This document shows positions 1 through 8,782 of a DNA stretch of 37,627 nt, one piece after another. The stretch's first letter is position 1. Each line of letters begins with the position of its first letter. Origin of the DNA: a virus (taxonomy: Duplodnaviria; Caudoviricetes). The notes below the pieces were generated by a model. It searched no databases. It saw only the letters and a list, made by a program, of their open reading frames with translations, and was not told where the DNA came from. The stretch lies in the IMG/VR virus record IMGVR_UViG_3300032253_000012, positions 1 to 37,627 of that record, one strand, 5' to 3'. Made by a program: the position numbers and the translations under genes.

Positions 1-599
1 ATGTCAAAGATATATTGGTTGGTAATAATTTTATAACATCTTGTAATACTGATAACAGTAGTGGTGCATCAAGTGTTTATGTGTTTGGCCGTGACGGTTA
101 CACTACCAGCAATATAATCATATCTAACAATCAAGTATTAAAGTCTGTCCGTAACGGAATAACTGTCGCCTCTGAATCTGGCATACCCGCTTATTCTAAC
201 CATATTAAAATTATAGGTAATTTAATAGAGGGTGATTTAACATCACTAGATTCAGGTATTGGCATTAAATTCTATGGGGCTGATTCTATAGATGTAATAA
301 ATAACACTATTAGGGATTTTCATGCGGGCGGGGTTTATAGTGATAGCGGTACTATGTCAGGGGTTATCAATGTGTTCACCAATAGATTTGAAAACCTTAA
401 CGCGGGGGCTACATCATGGGTTGATGCAGTGTATTTCAGCACAGGCGCAAGTATTATTAACTTTCAAGGTAATATACAGCTTAATGGTTCTTATACTGTG
501 CAGCGTTTCCTTGAGGTAAACCAAGCTGTTTCCGTAATATTTGAAAATAATTATGGGGAAAATGTCTCGGTGTCTATTAACCGTATGACAATTCAATAA
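1..599 (+). CDS. C-terminal part of a parallel beta-helix (pectate-lyase-like) tailspike/depolymerase-type protein; truncated at left edge
   Basis: Frame is open to the window edge (VKDILVGNN...). Repeating I/V-x-I-x-G/N-N motifs (NIIISNNQV, HIKIIGNLI, IDVINNTI, INVFTNRF) typical of right-handed beta-helices; more AT-rich than core genes. Confidence 0.6.
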   Translation, partial: VKDILVGNNFITSCNTDNSSGASSVYVFGRDGYTTSNIIISNNQVLKSVRNGITVASESGIPAYSNHIKIIGNLIEGDLTSLDSGIGIKFYGADSIDVINNTIRDFHAGGVYSDSGTMSGVINVFTNRFENLNAGATSWVDAVYFSTGASIINFQGNIQLNGSYTVQRFLEVNQAVSVIFENNYGENVSVSINRMTIQ

Positions 600-617
600 A
601 CGTTATCGAGGGATAAA

Positions 618-896
618 ATGGAAGATATAAAACCAGATTGGCATTTAGATAGAAAAGTGACAATAGGGATTATTACAGCCTTATTGTTTAATGCGGGTTC
701 GTCAATCTGGTGGGCAAGTAAGTTAGATTTTATGGTTCAATCCCACGAATTACGTATCAAAGATAATAATATAAATATCAAAGAGCTTGGTAGTAAGTAC
801 TATGTAATCAATCAAAAGCTTACCCGTATTGAAACGTATCAAGAAATACAGACTCAAACACTTAAAGAGATTAAAAGCACCTTAAGGAAGAAATAA
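618..896 (+). CDS. Small membrane protein, N-terminal TM helix plus coiled coil (holin-like/accessory lysis-type)
   Basis: SD GAGGG; hydrophobic VTIGIITALLFNAGSSIWWA followed by heptad-rich KLTRIETYQE; function inferred only. Confidence 0.5.
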   Translation: MEDIKPDWHLDRKVTIGIITALLFNAGSSIWWASKLDFMVQSHELRIKDNNINIKELGSKYYVINQKLTRIETYQEIQTQTLKEIKSTLRKK

Positions 897-1008
897 AAGG
901 AATATAGGGCTATATCTGCTTCCCTTTCCTTTTTTATAAGATCAATGTATATTGATAATTAAGATTTATGCTTATGCTATCAAAAACAAACATTAGGAGA
1001 ATATAAAT

Positions 1009-1455
1009 ATGACTATTCAAACAGAGTTACATGGTAGCCGCTTAGGTCTTACCGCACAAGGCAACTTAGAAGGGGCAAACGGTAATCAAGTTACTGCACC
1101 ATGCGTTGCTGCAACAATTACGGTAGGTGCAGAGGCGGCAAATGTTCGTGCTATTACAATTCAGCTATCTGATGCAAATGGCGATGATATTAACTATGCT
1201 CAGGCAGTTACCGCTGTGGTGCTTGCTGATGCTGCTGGTGCTGCTTTTGCTACGACTGGTGGTTCAACAGGTATTGCTATTGGTACTGATGGTGCGTTGC
1301 TTGCTGTAGTGGCCAAGAAACAATTCACACTCATTTCTGAAACTGATGGTGATATTGATCTTACATGGACAGACACAGGTACAGAAGCGGCTTATCTTGG
1401 TATTATATTACCATCAGGTAAGATGGTTGTTAGTGCAGCTATGACAAATACATAA
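1009..1455 (+). CDS. Hypothetical virion structural protein (Ala/Thr/Gly-rich, beta-rich; decoration/head-fibre-like)
   Basis: Strong SD TAGGAG, codon usage like the capsid gene, followed by a hairpin-U tract. Confidence 0.5.
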   Translation: MTIQTELHGSRLGLTAQGNLEGANGNQVTAPCVAATITVGAEAANVRAITIQLSDANGDDINYAQAVTAVVLADAAGAAFATTGGSTGIAIGTDGALLAVVAKKQFTLISETDGDIDLTWTDTGTEAAYLGIILPSGKMVVSAAMTNT

Positions 1456-1480
1456 TATTAGCCTATTTCAATAAACATTT

Positions 1481-1510
1481 AAAAGGTGGTACAATCGTAT
1501 CACCTTTTTT
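1481..1510 (+). terminator. Intrinsic terminator-like hairpin overlapping an extended -10 promoter motif
   Basis: AAAAGGTG-GTACAATCGTAT-CACCTTTTTT; contains TGgTACAAT at 1487-1495, just upstream of terL. Confidence 0.5.
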
Positions 1511-1527
1511 GCATTCGGCAGGAATTT

Positions 1528-3198
1528 ATGAGCAGTACAAATTTATTAGATGAACTTATAGATCGTTTTGATAGTATGCCTCAAGACGATAAAGACACAG
1601 TTTTACAGGCTGCTATGCAGGCGACTGGTAGTATGGCATGGATACCATTGCCAGGGCCTCAAATGGATGCGTATTTATGTGAGGCAGATGAATTGTTTTA
1701 TGGTGGCTCTGCTGGTGGAGGGAAAACGGATCTAGGTATAGGGCTTGGTATTACCGCGCATCAGCAATCCTTGTTCTTAAGGCGTGAGCGTGATACTGCC
1801 AAAGATGCGTTTAACCGTGTTGAGGAAGTCTTAAACACTACAGATGGTCGTAATGCTGGTGATTTACTTTGGAATGTTCCTGATGGTGATATTCAGAGGA
1901 GAATCAAGTTTGCTGGCTGTAAAGATGAGAAGCACAAGCAAAAATATAAAGGTCGTCCTCATGACCTATACGTGTTTGATGAGATAGGAGATTTTCTTAA
2001 ATCTCAATATATGTTTATTAAAACATGGAATCGTAGTGCTGTTCCTGGTCAAAGATGCCGCGTATTAGCCACAGGCAATCCACCTACAACTGCGGAGGGG
2101 CTTTGGGTTATTGAATATTGGGGTGCGTGGCTAGATCCAAAACACCCTAACCCTGCCAAAGAGGGTGAGCTTAGATGGTACACCACAGATAAAAATGGTG
2201 TTGAGCATGAGGTTGATGGTCGTGGCCCTCATGTATTTAAGCATGAAGATGGTAGTACAGAAGAAGTTATGGCGCGTTCTCGCACTTTTATACGAGCAAG
2301 ACTATCTGATAATCCATACTTAATGAATACAGAATATGGAGCTAACCTTGATGCTTTGCCTGCTGAGCTAAGGCTTGCATATCGTGATGGTCGTTTTGAT
2401 TTATCACTTGAGGATAATATAAGGCAGGTTATTCCTACTCAATGGATATTTGAGGCACAAGAAAGATGGCGTGAGGTTTATTTTGGTAAGCCACCAAAGA
2501 ATGTTCCTATGTGTTCAATCGGTGTTGATATTGCGCAAGGTGGTAATGATGAGACTGTACTTGCACCAAGATATGATGGCTGGTATGCGCCTATGGTTTC
2601 TGTTCCTGGTAAAGATACTCCCGATGGTAAAAGTGTTGTGGCGTTGGTTGTGCAGCATAGACGTGATGGCGCGTTACCTATCCTTGATATGGGTGGTGGT
2701 TATGGAGGGGCAACCTCTGAAAAAATGTCAGATAATAAAATGGAGCATATCAAATATAAAGGTGGTGCTGGAAGTACAGCACGTTCTAAATGTGGTGTGT
2801 TTACTTTTAAGAACAAACGTGCCGAGGCATATTGGAAATTCAGAGAGGCCTTAGATCCTGAACAAAATGGTGGTAGTGACATTTGTTTGCCTGATGATCC
2901 TAAGCTTGTAGCCGATTTATCTGCACCATTATTTAACACCAAACGCGGCCAAGGCGGTGCATTGGAGTTGAGTATAACACCAAAAGATGATTTAATTGCT
3001 TCGCTTGGTAGAAGCCCTGATCGTGGTGATGCTGTTATTATGGCATGGACAGATGGTCAAAAGGCTGACAATTATGCTAGTATATGGCATAATAAGTCTG
3101 GTCATACCAAAGTGAACATGGGACACCAAGCAAGACGCAATAATTATAGAGGGTCTAACACCTCAGTTAATATGGGACACAACACCCGCCGCAGATAA
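1528..3198 (+). CDS. terL: Terminase large subunit
   Basis: Walker A YGGSAGGGKT, Walker B YVFDEIG, ATGNPP coupling motif, RNase H-like GVDIAQGGNDET and terminal SPDRGDA; ATG 1528 has SD GCAGGA. Confidence 0.95.
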   Translation: MSSTNLLDELIDRFDSMPQDDKDTVLQAAMQATGSMAWIPLPGPQMDAYLCEADELFYGGSAGGGKTDLGIGLGITAHQQSLFLRRERDTAKDAFNRVEEVLNTTDGRNAGDLLWNVPDGDIQRRIKFAGCKDEKHKQKYKGRPHDLYVFDEIGDFLKSQYMFIKTWNRSAVPGQRCRVLATGNPPTTAEGLWVIEYWGAWLDPKHPNPAKEGELRWYTTDKNGVEHEVDGRGPHVFKHEDGSTEEVMARSRTFIRARLSDNPYLMNTEYGANLDALPAELRLAYRDGRFDLSLEDNIRQVIPTQWIFEAQERWREVYFGKPPKNVPMCSIGVDIAQGGNDETVLAPRYDGWYAPMVSVPGKDTPDGKSVVALVVQHRRDGALPILDMGGGYGGATSEKMSDNKMEHIKYKGGAGSTARSKCGVFTFKNKRAEAYWKFREALDPEQNGGSDICLPDDPKLVADLSAPLFNTKRGQGGALELSITPKDDLIASLGRSPDRGDAVIMAWTDGQKADNYASIWHNKSGHTKVNMGHQARRNNYRGSNTSVNMGHNTRRR

Positions 3199-3279
3199 AA
3201 TCTGCTTTCTTACGTGCATATAACGTGCCTATCAAAAAGTGCTTATTTCTTTAACCAACCTTATGATGGAGATGTTCTT

Positions 3280-3465
3280 ATGGGCAATCCCTTTAAAAAA
3301 CCAAAAGCACCGCCACCTCCTCCACCTCCAAAAGCACCAGTGCCATTACCTGATCTTGAACAACAAAAGCGTACTCAAAGACGCACTGCGGCAACACGTG
3401 CAAGAGGATCAGGTCGTACAAGCACAGTGCTTACTAATGAAAATGGTAAACTAGGTGGTGGATAA
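3280..3465 (+). CDS. Small Pro-rich/basic protein preceding portal (conserved position in BPP-1/T7-like podoviruses)
   Basis: SD GATGGAG; KPKAPPPPPPP ... GRTSTVLT...LGG pattern; stop overlaps portal start (TAATG). Confidence 0.7.
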   Translation: MGNPFKKPKAPPPPPPPKAPVPLPDLEQQKRTQRRTAATRARGSGRTSTVLTNENGKLGGG

Positions 3466-5123
3466 TGGATTCACGAGCAAAAGAGCTACTTAAGCAAGGT
3501 GATTTTCTGTTTACAAAGAGGAGTCCTCTTCTATCTTTGTTTCAGGAGCAAGCTGATAACTTCTATCCAGAACGTGCGGACTTTACAATCTCTCGCAGCC
3601 TTGGTGATGAGTTTGCTAGTCACCTTACTACTTCATTTCCGATACTTACCAGACGTGAGCTTGGTAGTACGGTTAGCTCTATGCTTCGACCAAACAATAA
3701 AGAATGGTATAGCACCTCAATCAAACGAGAAGATAAGCTGGATAATGCAGGGCGTGCTTGGCTTGAGGAAAGAGACAAGGTAATGCGTAGAGCGATGTAT
3801 GATCGCAATGCGCTGTTTGTTCGTGCAACCAAAGAAGCTGATAATGATTTTGTTACATTTGGTAATGCAGTCATCTCAACTGAGTTAAACCGTTTAAGGA
3901 ACGGCTTGATTTATCGGTGTTGGCATTTACGCGATGTAGTATGGAAAGAAAGTGCTGAGGGTATTGTTGATACAATCCATAGGAAGTGGAAGCCTACAGC
4001 ACGTGAGTTAGCTCAAACATTTGGAGTGGATAATCTTCATGAAAAAGTTAAAGAATGTTTGAGTAATAGCAATAAGAATCCTTACGAGCAATTTGATTGT
4101 CGTCATATTGTTATGCCTGCCGAGCAATATCTGTCTATGTCTGGTGAGGGCGTAAGGTTTAATACCCCATTTGTGAGTATATATATTGATGTTAAAAACG
4201 GTCATATCATGCAAGAGGTGGGCGCTCATACCACCATATACAGCGTTCCAAGATGGCAGACAGTATCAGGAAGCCAGTATGGTTATTCGCCTGCGACAAT
4301 AGCAGCTTTACCTGATGCTAGATTGATTCAGGCTATGACACTTACTCTTCTTGAGGCAGGTGAAAAAGCAGTTAATCCTCCGATGATTGCACAGGGTGAT
4401 GTAACACGAAGCGATATTTCTATATATGCGGGTGGTGTTACATGGGTAGATAAAGAATATGATGAGCGCTTAGGACAGTCTATACGTCCTATTCCACAAG
4501 ATTATGGCTCATTACCTTTTGGCATGGATATGCGCGAAGATATCAAGGCAACCATCATGGAGGCATTTTATCTTAATAAGCTCTCATTACCGCCTGTGGG
4601 TGGGCCTGATATGACAGCCTTTGAAGTTGGTAAGCGCGTAGAGGAATATATCCGTAATGCTTTGCCATTATTTGAGCCTATGGAAATGGAATATAACGGT
4701 AGTGTTTGTGACATAACATTCGACACTCTTATGCGTGAGGGTGCTTTTGGTAGCCCTGATGATATGCCTGATTCCTTAAGTGGTGAAGATGTAGAGTTTA
4801 AATTTACCTCTCCTATCCGAGATGCGATTGATAAGCAGAAAAGCCAAACATTCATGGAAACAAAAGCCATGCTTGCCGAAGCTGCGGATATTGATCCTTC
4901 CTCTGCCAAAATGGTTGATGCCTCCACGGCTCTTAGAGAAACACTCAAAGCGATTGGAACGCCTTCGACATGGATGCGTGAAGAATCAGAGCTTCAAGAG
5001 CTTCAATTACAGGAACAACAGCAAATGCAACAAGCACAGCAAATGGCTATGGCTGAGCAGGGCGGTAAAGCTGCGGCTCAAGTAGGTAAAGCAATGAAAG
5101 AAATGGAACAAATGCAGCAATAA
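3465..5123 (+). CDS. Portal (head-to-tail connector), T7 gp8/BPP-1-like
   Basis: 552 aa after terL; motifs DFVTFGNA, VPRWQTVSGSQYGYSP, KAVNPP, MTAFEV and Q-rich C-terminus. Confidence 0.9.
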   Translation: MDSRAKELLKQGDFLFTKRSPLLSLFQEQADNFYPERADFTISRSLGDEFASHLTTSFPILTRRELGSTVSSMLRPNNKEWYSTSIKREDKLDNAGRAWLEERDKVMRRAMYDRNALFVRATKEADNDFVTFGNAVISTELNRLRNGLIYRCWHLRDVVWKESAEGIVDTIHRKWKPTARELAQTFGVDNLHEKVKECLSNSNKNPYEQFDCRHIVMPAEQYLSMSGEGVRFNTPFVSIYIDVKNGHIMQEVGAHTTIYSVPRWQTVSGSQYGYSPATIAALPDARLIQAMTLTLLEAGEKAVNPPMIAQGDVTRSDISIYAGGVTWVDKEYDERLGQSIRPIPQDYGSLPFGMDMREDIKATIMEAFYLNKLSLPPVGGPDMTAFEVGKRVEEYIRNALPLFEPMEMEYNGSVCDITFDTLMREGAFGSPDDMPDSLSGEDVEFKFTSPIRDAIDKQKSQTFMETKAMLAEAADIDPSSAKMVDASTALRETLKAIGTPSTWMREESELQELQLQEQQQMQQAQQMAMAEQGGKAAAQVGKAMKEMEQMQQ

Positions 5124-5141
5124 GAAAGTGAATAGTGAATT

Positions 5142-5453
5142 ATGACAGGAAAACCAACAAAAACATTAAAAGCAGCAAAGCAACCTCCTGCGGACATGCC
5201 TGCGGAGGCAGATAAGAAGGTAATCAAAGCTTTGCATAACCTATCAATAGGTGTGGCTAGTGATCACCAACAAAAAATGGCTTTGCAGTGGATTATAAAT
5301 GAGGCTTCACGTGCGCATAACCCTCAATTCAGGAGTGGCGATGATGGTCGAAGGAATACTGACTTTGCGTTAGGTCGCGCATTTGTCGGTCAACAAATTA
5401 TTGGCCTACTTAAAATAAATCTAATAGCTTTAACAGGAGAAGAAGATGCTTAA
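5142..5453 (+). CDS. Conserved phage protein between portal and scaffold (Bbp19-like)
   Basis: TDFALGRAFVGQQI matches the T-x-F-x-x-G-R-x-x-V-G pattern of this positional family. Confidence 0.7.
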   Translation: MTGKPTKTLKAAKQPPADMPAEADKKVIKALHNLSIGVASDHQQKMALQWIINEASRAHNPQFRSGDDGRRNTDFALGRAFVGQQIIGLLKINLIALTGEEDA

Positions 5454-6534
5454 ATATTTACTAATGTATGGATACTTACCTATGATCATGTCACCCGATG
5501 AAGGCGATGCTGGTGGCGCTGGTGGCGATGATGGCGCAGGTGGATTTGATGATCAGGGCAGTGATGATAGTTCAGGAGATTCAGGAGCAGATGATCAGGG
5601 TGATGATTCCAGCTCTGATGCTGGTGGTGCTGGATCTGATGATGCAGGCGGTGATGATAATCAAGGTGGTGATGATGGTGCTGGTGATCAGGGTGATGAT
5701 TCCAGCTCTGATGATGATGGTGATGATCAAGATGATAAAAAAGGTATCTGGTCAGAAAAATGGCGTGAAGAATATGCGGGCGAGGATAAAAAGAAGCTTA
5801 CATATCTTAATCGTTTTACTAGCCCCAAAGATTTGATGGATAAGGTGTTTGAGCAAGATAAGCTTATTCGAAGTGGTGCGCATAAAAAAGAATTAGGTGA
5901 GAATCCTAGTGATGAGGATCTTGCCAAGTATCGTGAGGAGAATGGCATTCCAAAAGATGCTGAGGGCTATCTTGATAAAATGCCTGATGGCTTAGTTATT
6001 GGCGAGGATTTAAAAGAGGAAGCAAAAGGTTATCTTGAAAGTATGCACGCTCTTAATGCCTCTCCTGAGATTGTTGCAGCAGGAATGCTTGAATATCAAA
6101 AGCAACAAGAAGAATATGCCGAGATGGTAAGCGCTCGTGACAAGGAATCTGCTGATAATGCTCAGAATGAGCTACGTGAAACATGGGGAGCTGATTATAA
6201 CTCAAATATTCAAGCTTTGCATAACTTCATTGATGGTCAATTTCCAGAAGATGTAAGGCAGGCATTTATGGATGGTCGTCTAGGTGATGAGACAGGCACG
6301 CCATTGCTTTCTCACCCTGCGGTGATTGAAGTATTTTCAAAGATGCAGCGTGAGCTTAATCCTCTTGGTGCTACAACATCAGGTACAGGCATGGATAATA
6401 TAGATACAATCAATGATACTATAAAATCCTATGAAAAAGAGATGGGTACTAAGGCTTGGTACAATGATGAGAAGAAGCAACAGCATTACCGTGATCTTGT
6501 TTCTGCCCGTGATAGGTATGCAAAAAGAGCATAG
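5446..6534 (+). CDS. Capsid scaffolding/assembly protein
   Basis: Directly upstream of major capsid; acidic D/G-rich N-terminus, helical body with LRETWGADY motif. Confidence 0.75.
   Translation: MLKYLLMYGYLPMIMSPDEGDAGGAGGDDGAGGFDDQGSDDSSGDSGADDQGDDSSSDAGGAGSDDAGGDDNQGGDDGAGDQGDDSSSDDDGDDQDDKKGIWSEKWREEYAGEDKKKLTYLNRFTSPKDLMDKVFEQDKLIRSGAHKKELGENPSDEDLAKYREENGIPKDAEGYLDKMPDGLVIGEDLKEEAKGYLESMHALNASPEIVAAGMLEYQKQQEEYAEMVSARDKESADNAQNELRETWGADYNSNIQALHNFIDGQFPEDVRQAFMDGRLGDETGTPLLSHPAVIEVFSKMQRELNPLGATTSGTGMDNIDTINDTIKSYEKEMGTKAWYNDEKKQQHYRDLVSARDRYAKRA
5592..5713 (+). repeat. 29-nt perfect direct repeat within D/G-rich low-complexity scaffold N-terminus
   Basis: TGATCAGGGTGATGATTCCAGCTCTGATG at 5592-5620 and 5685-5713 (DQGDDSSSD twice). 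Confidence 0.9.
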
Positions 6535-6544
6535 ATAAATTTTT

Positions 6545-6576
6545 AGGTATGCCATTATTGCAATGGTGTGCCTTTT
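6545..6576 (+). terminator. Terminator-like hairpin after scaffold gene
   Basis: AGGTATGCCATT-attgc-AATGGTGTGCCT (12 bp with G-U pairs) then a short T run. Confidence 0.55.
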
Positions 6577-6586
6577 ATGTCATAAT
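6558..6586 (+). promoter_or_regulatory. Sigma70-type promoter for major capsid gene
   Basis: TTGCAA-17 nt-CATAAT; same TTG...17...CATAAT layout recurs at 8674-8702. Confidence 0.6.
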
Positions 6587-6593
6587 TCAAATA

Positions 6594-6708
6594 TATACAG
6601 CTACCCTGTTTTCTACAGCCCTGTATAAATATTATTTAACGGCCCTGTTATTTACTGTGAAGCCCCTGCAAAGGCCACCCTTCGCATTAAAATCTACAGC
6701 TACCCCGT
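6594..6708 (+). ncRNA. Structured 5' leader RNA of major capsid gene with three repeated CC/CYACC internal loops
   Basis: Hand-folded: TATACAG-CTACC-CTGT-tttct-ACAG-CC-CTGTATA and ACGG-CC-CTGT...TGTGAAG-CC-CCT-GCAA-AGG-CCACC-CTTCGCA...ACAG-CTACC-CCGT; GNRA tetraloop and G-U pair support + strand RNA. Confidence 0.7.
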
Positions 6709-6753
6709 ACTAAAAAATCATTAAAATTTTAACCCTTATAATAGGAGTCTATT

Positions 6754-7602
6754 ATGGCTGATACAGCTTTCCAGACTCAATTCCGACAGGAGTTTATCCA
6801 AGGTTTTGAGCAACACCAGAGTCTTTTGTATGATTCTGTAACTAATGAAGTAATGATGAAAGGTAATCAAGCTACCTTCCTTGTTGCAGATAGTGGAGGT
6901 GTTCGCGCATCTACTCGTGGTACTAATGGTCGCATTCCTGGTCGTCCTGACAATTTAACTCAGAATACTATTACTTTGCAGGAAGTTCATGACAAGCCAC
7001 AACGTACTGGCTTTAATATCTTCGCATCGCAAGGTGATGGTCGCCGCATAATGCAGGAAACTGCACGCGCTGTGATAAATCGTGAGATTGATCTTACCAT
7101 TATTACTGCTTTGTCTGGTGCAACAGTTACCACTGGTACTGCGGCTTCGGCTTCACTTAATCTTGTTCTACGTTCTTTAACAATGCTTGGTAATGCTGAT
7201 GTGCCTTTAGATGGTCGCGTCTGTGCCGCTATTACACCCGCATTTTTGGGTAACTTGATGGCTGTTAAAGAGTTCAACAATGCAGAGTATGTATCCAATA
7301 AACCAATGGATAATAACGATGCAGCGTGGAAAGACGAGCGAGGCTTTTATAAGTGGATGGGCGTTAAGTGGATTGTTCACCCTAACCTTACAGGTGCAGG
7401 TACAGCGGCAGAAGAATGCTTTATGTATCATGAATCTGCTGTAGGTGCGGCTGCTCCGTCAAACTTGGTTCAAACATCTGCCAACTATAATGATGAAGAT
7501 GATTATAGTTATGCACGTTGTTCCGCTTATATCGGCTCTACAATCTTGCAGTCAAGCGGTGTGATCCAGATGAATCATGATGGTACATCACTTTCATCAT
7601 AG
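6754..7602 (+). CDS. Major capsid protein
   Basis: SD TAGGAG; N-terminus AFQTQFRQEFIQGFEQHQSLL and AVINREIDLTIITAL resemble BPP-1-like podovirus capsids; position after scaffold. Confidence 0.85.
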   Translation: MADTAFQTQFRQEFIQGFEQHQSLLYDSVTNEVMMKGNQATFLVADSGGVRASTRGTNGRIPGRPDNLTQNTITLQEVHDKPQRTGFNIFASQGDGRRIMQETARAVINREIDLTIITALSGATVTTGTAASASLNLVLRSLTMLGNADVPLDGRVCAAITPAFLGNLMAVKEFNNAEYVSNKPMDNNDAAWKDERGFYKWMGVKWIVHPNLTGAGTAAEECFMYHESAVGAAAPSNLVQTSANYNDEDDYSYARCSAYIGSTILQSSGVIQMNHDGTSLSS

Positions 7603-7608
7603 TCAAAT

Positions 7609-7632
7609 GTAGGAGCGATAACTCGCTCTTAC
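7609..7632 (+). other. Stable stem-loop directly after major capsid stop (mRNA stabiliser/attenuator)
   Basis: GTAGGAGCGA-taac-TCGCTCTTAC; lacks a U tract. Confidence 0.55.
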
Positions 7633-7669
7633 TAATACTTACTTTCAATTTTAAAAATAGGAGAGTCTT

Positions 7670-7957
7670 ATGGCTTATTCAACGTCTAGCCCACCTATCT
7701 TAGTCAGCACGGGTATTGCTGGTTCAGGACAGCGTTGGGAATATAAATCTACTGATGCCGCATCTGTTGTGCGTGTAGCTGGTTACATCACCAATGGTCA
7801 ATTATTGGGTATGAAGGTTGGCGATATTGTCGATGTTCATGATACTAATGCTTCACCTTACACTGTAAGCACACACATTGTTACATCTGTTAGCTCAAGT
7901 AACAACTCTGTTGATCTTGCTGATGCAGGTGCGACACATAGTACAGATACAGATTAA
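7670..7957 (+). CDS. Capsid decoration/cement-like protein
   Basis: SD TAGGAG; small beta-rich protein right after the capsid gene (GYITNGQLLGMKVGDIV), followed by terminator. Confidence 0.6.
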   Translation: MAYSTSSPPILVSTGIAGSGQRWEYKSTDAASVVRVAGYITNGQLLGMKVGDIVDVHDTNASPYTVSTHIVTSVSSSNNSVDLADAGATHSTDTD

Positions 7958-7980
7958 AATCTGTTTACTTTTTACTGCTG

Positions 7981-8011
7981 GAAAGCCACGTTCTTCCTGT
8001 GCGTGGCTTTC
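7981..8011 (+). terminator. Terminator-like hairpin after head genes
   Basis: GAAAGCCACG-11 nt-CGTGGCTTTC perfect 10-bp stem. Confidence 0.6.
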
Positions 8012-8055
8012 TCGTGTATTGTGATATTTTTATGATTCTAAAACAGGAGATAATT

Positions 8056-8574
8056 ATGATTAAAGAGTTTTATGGAACAAAGCGTCTTGGTGCAAAGCCA
8101 ATGACTAGACAGGAATATAATGACTATAGGGGCTGGAAGCTACCAGATGATGAGAACGGCGATGATGAGGGTTATCTGGTTGTTTATCAGGATAGCAATA
8201 AAAACACACCAGATTATGATGGATATGTTTCGTGGTCGCCAAAAGATCAGTTTGAAAAAGCATATCAGACACTAGATGCTCTATCGTTTGGCCATGCTAT
8301 CGAGGCAGCAAAAGCAGGGCAAAAAATTGCACGCTCTGGCTGGAATGGTAAAAATATGTTTGTGGTTTATATGCCACCGCTTAATTTGCCACCATACAAC
8401 ACAGAAGATACAGCAAGAAAAGTAAATGATCGTACTGCGAAATGGATTGGTGAGGATAAGCCTCTTAATTGTCAGCCATATTTTGCTATGTATAATGCAC
8501 AAGAAGAATGGATACCAGGATGGTTAGCCTCTCAAAGTGATATGTTAGCAAATGATTGGTGTGTTGTTGATTAA
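8056..8574 (+). CDS. tad2: Two-domain protein: N-terminal YxGTK...SWSPK phage domain fused to Tad2-like (DUF2829) immune-signal sponge domain
   Basis: C-half LSFGHAIEAAKAGQKIARSGWNGKNMF...WLASQSDMLANDW matches the DUF2829/Tad2 signature; ATG 8056 has SD CAGGAG. Confidence 0.8.
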   Translation: MIKEFYGTKRLGAKPMTRQEYNDYRGWKLPDDENGDDEGYLVVYQDSNKNTPDYDGYVSWSPKDQFEKAYQTLDALSFGHAIEAAKAGQKIARSGWNGKNMFVVYMPPLNLPPYNTEDTARKVNDRTAKWIGEDKPLNCQPYFAMYNAQEEWIPGWLASQSDMLANDWCVVD

Positions 8575-8619
8575 CCTTTAATTAACATTTTTATTATATA
8601 GTTAATATTCCCACACATT

Positions 8620-8657
8620 AAGGCTCGATGTTCTCCCCACGTTCATCGGGTCTTTTT
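8620..8657 (+). terminator. Intrinsic terminator after tad2-like gene
   Basis: AGGCTCGATG...CATCGGGTCT stem (G-U pairs) followed by TTTT. Confidence 0.65.
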
Positions 8658-8673
8658 ACTTTATGCGTGATCA

Positions 8674-8702
8674 TTGCGCTTTTTGTGATTTTACAGCATA
8701 AT
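8674..8702 (+). promoter_or_regulatory. Sigma70-type promoter for tail module
   Basis: TTGCGC-17 nt-CATAAT. Confidence 0.5.
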
Positions 8703-8782
8703 GTTTTTATGGGTTTTCCCTATAAACAGAAGTGCCTTCCCCTACATTTTAATTTTTTAATACCTAACAGGAGTATTTTATT

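Noticed and set aside
5498-5836. Met-rich alternate-frame ORF in the scaffold gene (and similar ones at 1127, 2450, 3499, 4822, 9557)
   Set aside because: By-product of GAT/GGT-rich codon usage; no recognisable motifs, unlike the ORF in the intein.
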